Below are positions 20,357-31,833 of a stretch of 64,000 bases of DNA, in pieces. Position 1 is the first letter of the stretch; each line of letters starts with the position of its first letter. The translations under genes and the position numbers were made by a program. Under the pieces are notes generated by a model, which was given only the letters and a program-made list of their open reading frames with translations, was not told the DNA's origin and ran no database searches. Where the stretch lies: contig CAVRBU010000003.1 in assembly GCA_963719315.1 (NCBI GenBank), positions 96,001 to 160,000 on the forward strand. Reading direction: 5' to 3'. This DNA comes from an uncultured Planctomycetota bacterium. Its GTDB lineage: Bacteria; Planctomycetota; Planctomycetia; Pirellulales; Lacipirellulaceae.

Positions 20357-21858
20357 GTGTGGAGTAGTGCGTTGCTGTTGTCGGCCGCTAATTCTGTCGC
20401 CATCGGACCTGTCGATGTTTCTATTGTCGTCCTCTACCTGACAGCAACGACAATTTTCGGGGTTCTTCTCGGACGCGGTCAAAGGAACAGCCGCGACTAT
20501 TTTTTGGGCGGGCATCGGCTGCCGACGTGGGCGCTCTTGGTTTCGATCGTGGCTGCCGAAACCAGCACGGTGACGTTTCTGAGCGTGCCAGGTAAGTCGT
20601 TTGTCGAGGGGGGCACGTTCACGTTTCTGCAAATCGCTTTCGGCTATATCGTCGGGCGATTTGCGGTGATTGCATTTCTATTGCCGGGCTATTTTCGCGG
20701 CGAAATGCTCTCGGCATACCAAGTCATGGAGCAGCGTTTCGGAGTGACGACGAGGCGATTGGCGTCGCTGGTGTTTCTCGCCACTCGAAATGTCGCCGAC
20801 GGGCTGCGGTTGTTTCTCACCGCGATCGCGCTGAATATCGCGCTGGGACTGCCGATGCTGACATGCATTCTGATAACGACGATCGCCACGGCAATTTATG
20901 CCTGCGCCGGGGGCGTGAGATCGGTCGTCTGGAATGACTGCATTCAGTTCGCCGTGTACATGCTCGGGGCTTTCGCGGCAGCGGGCCTATTGCTGTCGCA
21001 AATACCGGGCGGTTGGCAGCAACTTGTAGAGTTCGGCGAATCGACCGGCCGCTGGCAGTTGTTCGATTTCAAACCGCTGTTGAACAATCCGACGATGACG
21101 TTTTGGTCGGGGCTGATCGGCGGCGGGTTCTTGTCGCTGGCGTCGCACGGCGTCGATCAATTAATTGTGCAGCGTTATTTGTGTGCCAAAAGCCGTTCGG
21201 CCGCAAGTTGGGCATTGGACTGAGCGGATTCGTGGTATTGGCACAGTTCGCGCTGTTTCTGTTCATCGGCGTCGAACTCGCGTGTTTCGATTCGGCGACC
21301 GGTGGCATCGGCGCCACTACGACGGGCGACCAGGCGCTGATGACGTATGTGGTCCACCACATGGGAGTGGGGTTGAAGGGCCTGATCTTGGCCGCAGTCT
21401 TATCGGCGGCGATGTCGACCGTGGCTAGTTCGTTGAACGCTTCGGCCAGCTCACTGCTAAGCGATTGGATCGCGCCACTCGTGCCGACGCTCGACGATCG
21501 AAAATCGCTGCGGATTTCTCGCTGGTTAACGTTGGGATTTGCCGCCGTGCAATGCGGCGTGGCGATTGGCGCCCAATTGCTAGTGACAGAGATCGCAATT
21601 GTGGACGCGGTACTCTCTGTCGCGGGGTTTGCCATTGGGCTGTTGTTGGGCTTATACGGTCTCGGACTAATTCGGCCGCAAACTTCTCAGCGGGTAGCGC
21701 TTACGGCGTTTGTCGTAGGCGCGGCCGTTACTTCATGGACTTTCACAACGTCACTAAATAGCTATTGGTATACTTTGGTAGGGAGCAGCACGATTGTCGT
21801 CGTTGGGGTAGTGCTTAGTTTACTGTTCGATCGCGATGGAGCATCCGGGAAATCTTGA
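20357..21858 (+). CDS. Sodium:solute symporter (SSS), frameshift near 21218
   Basis: DYFLGG, SIVAAETSTVTF, GGVRSVVWND, SHGVDQLIVQRYL, AAMSTVASSLN. Confidence 0.88.
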
Positions 21859-21870
21859 TGGGGTTCTGAT

Positions 21871-24251
21871 GTGAAGCATTTATTACTAACTTTTGTCGTA
21901 GTTATTTGTCAGCTCGAAGTCGGCCGCTTGGCTCCGGCAGCGCCGCCAGCGCGGATTTCGTGGGCGGCAGCCAAGATGGATGCGTCGCTGGAAGGGCGTA
22001 TTGATCGTGCGGTCAATCGTTCGATAGACGATGGGCAGATGTCCGGCTGCGTGGTGCTGATCGGCCGGCGGGCCGGCATCGTGTTCGAGAAGGCCTACGG
22101 CAACCGTAGCGTCGAGCCGCAAAAGGAGCCGATGACGACCGATACAGTGTTCGACCTGGCTTCGCTCACCAAACCGTTGGCGACGGCGACTAGCGTGATG
22201 ATCCTCGTCGAACGCGGCCAACTTCGGTTACAGGACAAGGTTGCGAAGTTCTTCCCCGATTTTGCGGTCAAAGGGAAGCAGGATGTGACGGTCGAGCAAC
22301 TGCTCGTCCACTCTTCGGGCCTGCTACCCGACAACCCGCTTTCCGATTATTCCGAAGGCTGGAAATCGGCACTGCCCAAGATTTGCAACCTGGAACTGCT
22401 TACTGAGCCGGGCACAAGTTCAAATACTCCGATGTGAATTTCATTCTGTTGGGCAAGATTATTGAGGCCGTCGCCGGCGAGCCAGAAAGCGCATTCACGA
22501 AGCGCGAGATCTACGACAAGCTCGGCATGCAGGACACAGGTTACTTGCCTTCCGACACGTTAAAAGCACGGGCCGAGACGACCGAGCAGCGCGACAACAA
22601 GTGGCTCAAAGGGGAAGTGCACGACCCGCGGTCGGCGAAAATGGGCGGCGTCGCCGGGCACGCCGGGCTGTTCAGCACGGCCCAGGACATGGCGATTTAC
22701 GCTACGATGATGCTACAAAACGGCCGTTACGGCGACGTGCGGATTTTGAGCCCAGCGGCGGCGGAAGAAATGACCCGGGCCCGCGACATCAATGGCCATC
22801 GCCGCGCGCTCGGCTGGGACAAGCAAAGCGCCTATTCGAAAAACCGCGGCGAATTGATGAGCGACAAAGCGTTCGGCCACGGCGGATTTACCGGCACGTC
22901 GATGTGGATCGACCCAGAGCTCGATCTATACGTAATTTTTCTAGGCGATCGGCTACACCCCGACGGCGTGGGAGAGGTCAACGATCTGGCCGGGCGCATC
23001 GGCACGATGGCCTGCGCGGCGACAAGGCTGGCGCCTCAGTCGCGCACCGAACCGAGTCGTCCGCTCGTCTCCTACACAGCCAGTTCGAGTACTCAAAAAC
23101 CGAGCTCCGGACAACGCGAGCCCGTGCGATTGGGGATTGATGTGCTCGAAGATGACGACTTCAAGTTGCTCGAAGGGAAGCGAGTCGGCTTGATCACGAA
23201 CCAAACGGGCGTTGATTCGAAGTACGTCACGACCATTGAGCAACTCCACAACGCAAAGAATGTAAAGTTGGTAGCACTTTTCAGTCCCGAACATGGCATT
23301 CGGGGGGCGCTGGATCAATCGAAAATCGCCGACACGATCGATGAGCAAACCGGCGTTCCGGTGTACAGCCTGTATGGCGAAAGTCGCAAGCCGTCTGACG
23401 AACAGCTATCCAAGATCGACGCGCTGGTGTTCGATATTCAGGATGTCGGTGCGCGGTTTTATACGTATCCTTCAACGATGTGCTTGGCGCTGGAGGCGGC
23501 CGCCAAGGCCGGTAAAGAGTTCATCGTGCTCGATCGACCGAACCCGATCGATGGCGTAACGATCGAAGGGCCGTTACTCGATAAGGGCCGAGAATCGTTC
23601 GTCGGACTGCAGCGATTGCCGATACGGCATGGTCTCACGGTCGGCGAAATCGCCACGATGTACGCCAAGGAGCATGGACTCGATAAACACCTGACTGTTG
23701 TGAGGATGGATGGTTGGCGGCGCGGCATGTACTTGTTCGACACCGGCCTGTTCTGGCTCAACCCGTCGCCGAACATGCGGTCGCTCGAGGCCGCCCTGCT
23801 CTACCCCGGCATTGGTATGCTGGAATTCACGAACATCTCGGTCGGCCGAGGCACGGAGACTCCGTTCGAGGTGCTAGGCGCGCCGTGGATCGATGAGCAC
23901 AAGCTGGCTGAGATGGTGAACGCCGCGAATCCGCCGGGCGTTTGCGTGGTGCCGCTGCGGTTCACGCCGACAGCGAGCAAATTTGCGAAGGAAGAATGCC
24001 ATGGCATCCATTTTATCATCACCGATTGGGACAGATTCCGCTCATTCGACCTCGGGCTGGCCGTGGCGCATGCACTGGTCAAACTACCGGGCAGCAAATG
24101 GGAACCGGAGCGCTGGAAAACGCTGTTGGGAAATGAAGACGTTTACCGTCGCATCGTTGCCGGCGAAGCGCTGGGGCCGATATTGAAAACGATTGAGGTG
24201 GATTTGGCGGCGTATCGGGAACGGATGAGAGCGATCGAACTCTATCCATGA
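21871..24251 (+). CDS. Serine hydrolase (beta-lactamase/AmiE-like) fused to exo-beta-N-acetylmuramidase NamZ (DUF1343); frameshift near 22417
   Basis: FDLASLTK (SxxK), LLVHSSGL, FKYSD, GHAGLFST, then LFSPEHG, FDIQDVGARFYTY, LDRPNP, PSPNM, SVGRGT. Confidence 0.88.
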
Positions 24252-24308
24252 CGCACAGTCGATATCCTCACGAAAAGGCGCAATGGCGCGAAGCATGGGC
24301 TTAGTTCA

Positions 24309-26015
24309 ATGGTTTCCAAGCGTTACTATATGTTGCTGGTTGGCGCGTTAAGCGCGATCGCGTTGAATATGGTCGCGTTGGAATCGCTCGCTCATACGGC
24401 CACGGCAGAACACAACATGATTGCGACCGTTCATCCGATTGCTACGGATGCAGGCGTTGATGTTTTTCGTGCGGGCGGCAATGCCGTTGATGCGGCAGTG
24501 ACGGCTGCGCTTACGCTGGGCGTTGTCGATGGCGAGAATTCGGGCGTGGGTGGCGGGTGTTTGATTCTCATTCGCTCGGCGGATGGAAAATTTACCGCAA
24601 TCGATGGCCGGGAGACTGCCCCGGCGGCGGCTAACCGCGACATGTTCGTTCGCGATGGCAAGCCGCTGCCGACGGCCAGTCAAACCGGCCCGCTGGCTTC
24701 GGGGGTGCCAGGGGCGCTGGCGGCTTACAAGATCGCGCTAGAACGGTGCGGGACGATCAAGCTCTCGCGGGCGCTGGCGCCCGGCATTTCGGCGGCCGCC
24801 GACGGATTCGTGGTCAGCCCGTCGTACGCAACGGCGGTTCGCGGCGTCGAAAAGCATCTTCACGAATTCGAGGGCTCGCGGGCCGTGTTTTTTCACGCCA
24901 ATGGCAAGCCGATTGCCGCCGGCGAGCGGCTCGTACAAGCCGATTTAGCCAACACGTATCGCCAAGTGGCCGAACATGGAACCGACTGGTTCTATCGCGG
25001 CGAACTGGCGAACCTGGTCGGCGACTGGATGAAGGCCCACGGCGGCATCCTCACCGCCGCCGATTTTTCCGCCTACGAGGCCAAAGTACGCGAGCCGCTC
25101 CATTCGACGTACCGCGGATACGAGATCATTGGCTTTCCGCCGCCGAGCTCCGGCGGGATCCACGTTGCGCAAGTGCTCAACATTTTGGAAAACTTCGACA
25201 TGCGGGCGATGGCGAAGAACGATCCGCTCGCCGCGACGCACGTCACCGCCGAGGCATTCAAGCTCGCATTCGCCGACCGGGCATATTGGCTGGGGGACGC
25301 CGATTTCGTGAGCGTGCCGCGCGGGCTCATCGACAAGGGGTACGCCAAAGAACTCGCCGGAAAGATCAATCCGAATCGGGCGATCGATGTGGCGAAGCAT
25401 GGCTCGCCGCCGAATTTCGCGCAGGATGTGTTTGGTCGGCATACGACGCACATCGCCGCTGCGGATGCGGCCGGCAACTGGGTGGCCATCACGGCGACCG
25501 TCAACACGACCTTCGGATCGAAGGTGATCGTGCCAGGGACGGGCGTAGTGCTCAACGACGAGATGGATGACTTCTCGATTTTCCCCGGCATGCCTAATGC
25601 GTTCGGCCTCGTGGGCGCGGAGAATAACAGCGTCGGTCCCGGCAAGCGGCCGCTGTCGAGCATGAGCCCGACGATCGTGCTCGACTCGCATGGAAAACCT
25701 GTGCTCACCGTGGGCGCCGCAGGTGGGCCAAAAATCATCACTCAAGCCCTACTCACAATCCTGCGCGTACTCGATTACCAACAGACTCTGCCACAGGCCG
25801 TCGAGGGCCGCCGCTTCCACCATCAATGGCGGCCGAATTGCGTGTCGTACGAAAAGGGACTCGAAAGCAAAGTCGTCGAGGGCTTACGCGAGCTCGGCCA
25901 TAACGTGGAAGAACTCGAGAGCGCGGGACGAACACAGGCAATCGCCGTCGACGCAAACGGCAGACTGGTAGGCGTCGCCGATCCGCGCACGGCTGGCAAG
26001 GCGGCCGGCAATTGA
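24309..26015 (+). CDS. ggt: Gamma-glutamyltransferase, exported
   Basis: GGNAVDAAV, IDGRETAP, PPPSSGG, HTTH nucleophile, LNDEMDDF, PGKRPLSSMSPT. Confidence 0.93.
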   Translation: MVSKRYYMLLVGALSAIALNMVALESLAHTATAEHNMIATVHPIATDAGVDVFRAGGNAVDAAVTAALTLGVVDGENSGVGGGCLILIRSADGKFTAIDGRETAPAAANRDMFVRDGKPLPTASQTGPLASGVPGALAAYKIALERCGTIKLSRALAPGISAAADGFVVSPSYATAVRGVEKHLHEFEGSRAVFFHANGKPIAAGERLVQADLANTYRQVAEHGTDWFYRGELANLVGDWMKAHGGILTAADFSAYEAKVREPLHSTYRGYEIIGFPPPSSGGIHVAQVLNILENFDMRAMAKNDPLAATHVTAEAFKLAFADRAYWLGDADFVSVPRGLIDKGYAKELAGKINPNRAIDVAKHGSPPNFAQDVFGRHTTHIAAADAAGNWVAITATVNTTFGSKVIVPGTGVVLNDEMDDFSIFPGMPNAFGLVGAENNSVGPGKRPLSSMSPTIVLDSHGKPVLTVGAAGGPKIITQALLTILRVLDYQQTLPQAVEGRRFHHQWRPNCVSYEKGLESKVVEGLRELGHNVEELESAGRTQAIAVDANGRLVGVADPRTAGKAAGN

Positions 26016-26108
26016 ACGATGAGTTGCAGTAGGTACTGTGTGGATTCTTCGTGTCCTTCGTGCCGTCGTGGTAGTTATTCTTCGCATCGAAACTTCTGAG
26101 AGTGCTCC

Positions 26109-28541
26109 ATGAGTTGGGCGAACTGGCAGACGTGGTTGATCCTGATGCACTTGTGGGTTTCTGTGCCGCTGTCGTCGGCGGCGACGGTGAGCGCGACTCA
26201 GCCGAAGGCTGCTGGATTGGTACCGGTTGGTACGCAATCGAAAGGCGGGCTTTCTGGGAAGATCGTGTTCACACACGCCGGGCATGGCTACACGGCCGAC
26301 AACAAAGGCAACGGCCAGTGGAGCTTTCAGCGTGGTGAAGGTTATGAAATGATCGAGGACCTGGGCAACTACGATCAGATGGCGTTTTTGGTCGACTACC
26401 TGTTTCGCGCGGGTGCCACCGTGGCGCCGCTCAGGCCCGTCGGCCACCAGACAAACGAAGTCGTGCTGGACAACGACGATTCCAGCGTAACGTTCGTTGG
26501 CGATTGGGCGAACGGCAAGGGACGTGTCTATTTCGGCAAGCCAGGCAGCGTGCCGTATCGCGAGACTCACACATCGACGATGGAAACGGCGTACGCCCGG
26601 TATCGGCCCAAGATTCCGGAAGCGGGATTCTATCCGGTGTACGCCTGGACGAGCTCCGGCGGCGACCGGGCGACAGACCAACTCTACCGCGTACGTCACC
26701 CAGGCGGGATCACCGAAGTGACCGTCAATCATCGCCGCGTCGGAAATGGATTGGTGTACCTCGGTACGTATTACTTCGACGCCGGAACCGATGGCTACGT
26801 GGATATCAGCAACCGCTCGAATACACCGGGGAGCATGGTTGTTGCCGACATGATTCGATTCGGCAACGGCCTGGGCGACATCGATCGCGGCGGCGGCGTT
26901 TCCGGCCGATCGCGCGAGGACGAAGCCGGACTGTACTGGGTGAAGTGGCACGTCGATCGCGCACAGGGCATCCCGGAGAGCGAGTATCGAGCGACCGATG
27001 TCGATCGCCAGGCGACGATTTCCCATTCACCGAGATATGCGAAGTTTATGAATCGCGAAAGCGATGGCCGGCTCAAAGACAGTGTGTTCGTCAGCTTTCA
27101 TTCGAATTCCGCAGGCGGGAAGGCGCGCGGCGTGCTGGGACTCTTCAACGGCAACAACGATCCAACGACCGCCACGCCGAACCAAAGACTTCTAGCGAAG
27201 TCGCTCGGCCAAATGGTGAATGACGACCTGGTCGCGCAAGCCGGCCAATACGAACACGATTGGCACGATCGCGGCGACAACACGACGCTGGACCGAGACG
27301 ACATCGACTTCGGCGAGATCAATAACCGTTACATCAATGACGAGTTCGATGCCACGATCGTCGAGGTGGCTTTCCACGATAACAAAGAGGACGCTGAGCT
27401 AATGCGTGACCCGCGGGTTCGCGACGCGGTCGCACGGGCAACGTATCAAGGACTGCTAAGATACTTCCGTGCTGTCGATAACAACGAAACGCCGGCAACC
27501 CGGCTGCCGGCCGCGGTGACGGGCGTTCACGTCGAATCGAACGACGCAGGGAGCGCGACGATTTCATGGCTTCCGTCAGCCGTTAATTCGTACCTGGGCG
27601 ACGCGGCGACCGGTTACCGCGTTTACGCATCGACAAACGGCTACGGCTTCGACGGCGGAACGCCGGTGTCCGGCGGCGATACAACGTCCACCACGCACAA
27701 GGGTCTCGACCCGACGACGCCATACTACTTCGAAGTTGTGGCGGTCAACGAAGGAGGCGAGTCGCCGGCCTCGGAAGTCGTCGCAGTCCGCCCGAGCGGC
27801 GGGCCAAAGAAAGTTCTCATTGTGAACGGGTTCGATCGACTGGATCGCACGATGGACCCGAAAGAGCCGTTCGGTCGCGCCGGCAATTCGGTCGATCGCG
27901 TACGGCCGCGGCTGAGCAACTCGCGCGATTATGTTGTACAAGTCGCCACAGCGATTGAAGCGGCGGCGCCGGGAACTCACTTCGAGAGCACGAGTAACGA
28001 AGCCGTAATTAGCGGCGCGGTTGATCTCACGAAATACCATACTGTCGTTTGGGTGCTGGGCGAAGAATCGACCAAGGACCACACGTTCGACGAGACCGAA
28101 CAAACGAAGGTCGAACAGTTCATCGCGGGCGGCGGGAACCTGTTCGTCTCGGGCAAGGAGATTGGTTGGGACCTCGACCACGAAGACCACGGTCGTTCGT
28201 TTTGCAAGAACACGCTGAATGTCGAATTCGTGGCCGACGATGCCTACACCTACGAAGTGACGGCAGCCGCCGGCGGAATTTTTGCCGGCCTGTCAAATTT
28301 CGCGTTCGACAACGGCACCCTGTTTTACGACGCCGATAATCCGGATGTAATTAACGCGGAACCAAGAGCAGTTGTCGCCTTGAACTACGCCAATTCGGCG
28401 GGCGCGGCAGGCATCCAAGTGGCCGGAACTGGCGGCCGTGGAAGCGTGGTGCTCCTGAACTTTCCATTTGAAACGATTACCGCCGCTGCCGATCGAGCCG
28501 AAGTGATGCAGCGCGTGCTCGATTTCTTTCAGGCCAAGTGA
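26109..28541 (+). CDS. Exported N-acetylmuramoyl-L-alanine amidase (Amidase_3)-like protein with inserted beta-sandwich domain and FN3
   Basis: Zn/catalytic motifs HAGHG, IED, FVSFHSN, IVEVAFHDN; VADMIRF insert; FN3 YYFEVVAVNEGGES. Confidence 0.78.
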   Translation: MSWANWQTWLILMHLWVSVPLSSAATVSATQPKAAGLVPVGTQSKGGLSGKIVFTHAGHGYTADNKGNGQWSFQRGEGYEMIEDLGNYDQMAFLVDYLFRAGATVAPLRPVGHQTNEVVLDNDDSSVTFVGDWANGKGRVYFGKPGSVPYRETHTSTMETAYARYRPKIPEAGFYPVYAWTSSGGDRATDQLYRVRHPGGITEVTVNHRRVGNGLVYLGTYYFDAGTDGYVDISNRSNTPGSMVVADMIRFGNGLGDIDRGGGVSGRSREDEAGLYWVKWHVDRAQGIPESEYRATDVDRQATISHSPRYAKFMNRESDGRLKDSVFVSFHSNSAGGKARGVLGLFNGNNDPTTATPNQRLLAKSLGQMVNDDLVAQAGQYEHDWHDRGDNTTLDRDDIDFGEINNRYINDEFDATIVEVAFHDNKEDAELMRDPRVRDAVARATYQGLLRYFRAVDNNETPATRLPAAVTGVHVESNDAGSATISWLPSAVNSYLGDAATGYRVYASTNGYGFDGGTPVSGGDTTSTTHKGLDPTTPYYFEVVAVNEGGESPASEVVAVRPSGGPKKVLIVNGFDRLDRTMDPKEPFGRAGNSVDRVRPRLSNSRDYVVQVATAIEAAAPGTHFESTSNEAVISGAVDLTKYHTVVWVLGEESTKDHTFDETEQTKVEQFIAGGGNLFVSGKEIGWDLDHEDHGRSFCKNTLNVEFVADDAYTYEVTAAAGGIFAGLSNFAFDNGTLFYDADNPDVINAEPRAVVALNYANSAGAAGIQVAGTGGRGSVVLLNFPFETITAAADRAEVMQRVLDFFQAK

Positions 28542-28546
28542 CTCCA

Positions 28547-30075
28547 GGGTGGGCGTCTTTTTTGTTGGTGGTATTAGACGGCAGTCTGATACCAGAAGCC
28601 TTCCCACTGTCCGGGCTGGCCGAGGAACAGGGCGCGGAGGTGGCAGACGCTGTCGCTGCCGGGCTCTCGCCAGCGCATCCCGCTGCCTTTGAGCCGTCCT
28701 CCCACGACCAGCTTGCACGCGGCTTCCACCGGACCGGAGCCGATCATCCAACCGCGGGTCAAGTACGTGGGATAGTCCATGCGATGGACGTTGTTCCGCA
28801 CGTATTGTGCTTGTTGTCGGTAGCACTCCCGCTGGGCCTCGTTCCAGTCGCTCTGATCGAGCGATTCCCAACTGGCCACGAGCGCTGCTCCTCCTTCGTG
28901 CTTGAGCTTGTGACACCAGTCACGTTGTCGTTTGGCAAAGGCGCCGTCATCGCCCGGGTGAAGCGCACGAGCCAATTCGGCCACGTGCTCACTGGCATGG
29001 TAAAAGTCGAGGATCCGCACCGCCAGCGGCGCGTTCTTCTCGATGAAACGCTCCAAGCAAGGAGCGCCGTCGGTCAGCGCGATCTGTTGCTCGGCGTGTC
29101 CCAGCCGACCTGCGCGGCCTGCCGGCGCCATTGCAGCCCCAAATCGTCTAAATCATGAAAACCGGCCAAATACCGCACTTGGTGTGGATCTTGGGCTGGT
29201 TGTTCCTCGAACGGCGAACGCGCATTGAAGACCATCGCCACCGCGGCCATCCGCGACTCCGCCGGGCCACCGCCGATGGCCTGCTGCGGCACCCCCGTGT
29301 GATCGACGGCCAGGTAGGCGCAGCGCCGACCCTCGGCATCCCGTTGCCAAAGCCAGTCTTCCTGGGGGCCAAACGTTTGCTTGGCCGCGAGTTTCGCTCC
29401 CAAGCGTTGGCCCGCTTCTTCCGTGACGCGCAGCACGGTCGACTCCGCCAACCGAATGCCACTCATGCGGACCAAGGCTCGTTCGGCCGCCAAGCCAAAG
29501 CTGCTCAGCGTGCCGGCCAGCGACGCCAGTTCCTCCGCGCCGGGCGTGACGTGCCGCGGGGTGAGGCCCAGCCGCTCGTCCCAGGGCTGCTGGCTCGCGC
29601 CGCACTGGCAGCAGTAGTAATAGGTCCGCGTCAAACGGATGTCTCCCAGCAGGCTGACCAATCCTTTCGTTCGCCAGTCGATGAACTTCGCGCTGCCGCC
29701 GCAGGAGCAGGCTAAGCTAGCTCCCTGATAAGCGCCCCTTTTTTACACACTCGTTGGTGGCGGTCTCCAGCACGTTCGCTCCCAAATCGAACAACATGTC
29801 CCGCAACTCGAACTCGCCGCGGCCCAACAACTCCTCGGGCTTCTTCGCCGCCATCATCCGCGCCATGTTCTTCAACTGCTGTTCGGCCTGGCCCTTGAGC
29901 GACTCGTAAATCCGCTCCGCCGCCGCTTCCTCTTCCGCTGTCAGGTCCAGTTCCAACGCCTTGATCTGCTTGGCCATCGCTCTGCTCTCCGGTCTTCGAG
30001 TTCGAGAATTACCCCCCAATTGTCACAGACCCTTCAGCAGAGCAGATTTCCCACCAACAATCGAGACGCCTACCC
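28547..30075 (-). mobile_element. ISKra4-family insertion sequence
   Basis: IRs GGGTGGGCGTCTTTTTTGTTGGTGG / CCACCAACAATCGAGACGCCTACCC; no target duplication visible. Confidence 0.8.
28574..29977 (-). CDS. ISKra4 transposase (slippery AAAAAAG at ~29738-29744; extra frameshift near 29095)
   Basis: YYYCCQC, LAVDHTG, LTDGA, ILDFYHASEH, IGSGPVEAACK, RLKGSGMRW. Confidence 0.8.
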
Positions 30076-30319
30076 TCAGAAAAAGCCCTCATGCCGAATT
30101 GCTTGCGGCCCAAGCCGTATCGGGTACAATAGAACTTGGCGGAAAATGCCGGGGCTCGTCGGCCGGATTCCGTACCCGTTCTCGCGCAATCCTCGACTGG
30201 CCTAATGCACTAATTCTATTTGCTCGCCACCTCTTGGCGAAACTCCGCGTGGGCAGCGCCCTCTCGGTATAGTGCGCGTCGAGTCGTTTCCTTTTTCATG
30301 TTTGCGCGGAGCTTGTGTT

Positions 30320-31216
30320 GTGATTCGTTCAACGAGATTCAATTTTACATTGGTTGCGATCGCGATTGCCGCGTTGGCGGCCAACAACCGTGCGGTCGCC
30401 GACGACCCAGCCGACCGACCCGACCCGCAATTCGCCGATGGCAGCCCCGGCCAGTACATGCTCATCGGCAGCCAGTGGCCTCAGCCGGGCGGAAAAAACT
30501 CGCCCATCACGCTCACGTACAGCTTTCAAAATATGTTCGACGGCGCGCTGAAGATGCCCGACGGCAATCCGCTGCCGGCCAGATTGATTCGCGGTTCCAT
30601 CGAAGAAGCGCTGCGCCTCTGGAGCAGTGCCGCGCCGCTGAATTTCGTGGAAGTTCCCGACGATGGCTTGCCCTACGGATTATCGACACACTTCGGCGTG
30701 CTCCGTTTCCGTCACGTCTACATCAACGGTCCGGACTACGAATTCTCGGCCCCCTCGGCCAAGGCCCAATCGTATTACCCGTCTTCATCGGATTACGGCG
30801 GCGACGTCGAGTTCGACGACAGCGACAAGTGGCAGGAAGTCGGCACGTTGCGCAAGCCCGATATCCTCGGCGCCGCCATCCACGAAATTGGCCATTCGCT
30901 CGGCCTCGCGCACAGCACCGGCATTCAAGTCGGCCAATACTGGACGTACCAGGTCGATGACGGCGCCGGCCACCTCGTGGATCACCTCGAGCCGAAGGGC
31001 AACGCCAACATGTTCTGGATTTTCACGCGCTATAGCGGCCTGGGCACCGGCCAGTTGTTTCCAGACGATATCGCCGGCATCCAGGCAATATACGGAACGG
31101 GCCCCGGCAGCGTCTCGCCTATGGCGGTGCCCGAACCCGCGGCACTCACTCTGCTATTCTTTGCGATAACGGGCTGGCTGCTGCGACGCCGCGCTCGATC
31201 AGGAGCGCCGAAATAG
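30320..31216 (+). CDS. Matrixin (M10) zinc metalloprotease with PEP-CTERM sorting signal
   Basis: HEIGHSLGLAH, DDIAGIQAIYG, VPEPAALTLL...RRR. Confidence 0.88.
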   Translation: MIRSTRFNFTLVAIAIAALAANNRAVADDPADRPDPQFADGSPGQYMLIGSQWPQPGGKNSPITLTYSFQNMFDGALKMPDGNPLPARLIRGSIEEALRLWSSAAPLNFVEVPDDGLPYGLSTHFGVLRFRHVYINGPDYEFSAPSAKAQSYYPSSSDYGGDVEFDDSDKWQEVGTLRKPDILGAAIHEIGHSLGLAHSTGIQVGQYWTYQVDDGAGHLVDHLEPKGNANMFWIFTRYSGLGTGQLFPDDIAGIQAIYGTGPGSVSPMAVPEPAALTLLFFAITGWLLRRRARSGAPK

Positions 31217-31234
31217 GGTGGTCGAACCCCCATT

Positions 31235-31525
31235 TCAATCGGGCAATTCGTTAATTTCCCGAAAGCCGTGTAGTGCACGAACAAGGCGCACGCCATCTTG
31301 GATGGGCTCGTAATACAGAACGTAGTTTCCTACGGTGAAGCGACGCAGACCCGGCCGATAACGTTCGGCCGATTCACCGATCATGGGGTTACGGGCCAAA
31401 GTCCGCAGGGTACGATCAAACCGATCAATCAAACGATCGGCGGCCGTAAGATTGTGTTGTGCGACTTGCAGCCAGATTTTCCGCACGTCGTCCCGCGCCG
31501 GATGCGTTCGAACAATCCGCGCCAT
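31235..31525 (-). CDS. ParE/RelE-family toxin
   Basis: ARDDVRKIW..AADRL..NPMIG..GLRRFTVGNYVLYY..VRALHG; TAATG coupling to the upstream gene. Confidence 0.85.
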   Translation of the reverse strand: MARIVRTHPARDDVRKIWLQVAQHNLTAADRLIDRFDRTLRTLARNPMIGESAERYRPGLRRFTVGNYVLYYEPIQDGVRLVRALHGFREINELPD

Positions 31526-31797
31526 TATTGCTGCGACTTGCGCTGTTGAAGGACTTTGCGACCTTCCGCCTTGATCGACGCCGAATCCCACTCCTCCTCG
31601 TCGCCCCGTTCGATCGCGGCAAAGCCTTCCTCCAGCTGAGCGCGGATGTACTCTTCTTCCAACTCCGGAAACGCCCCTTGTTCGAGAAGAAGATATACTC
31701 GGCGAGTTTCCTGGTCCGCGATGTGGACCGGCTCACCCGGATGCGCGAGCAGCGCTGCCCGCTGCTCCGGCGTCAATTGAAGATTGGTTGTTTCCAT
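31525..31797 (-). CDS. ParD-like antitoxin
   Basis: YIRAQLEEGFAAIERGD..IKAEGR; coupled to ParE. Confidence 0.75.
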   Translation of the reverse strand: METTNLQLTPEQRAALLAHPGEPVHIADQETRRVYLLLEQGAFPELEEEYIRAQLEEGFAAIERGDEEEWDSASIKAEGRKVLQQRKSQQ

Positions 31798-31833
31798 ATT
31801 GGTAGTATAGCAAGGCGCTGGGTCCAGCCACGG

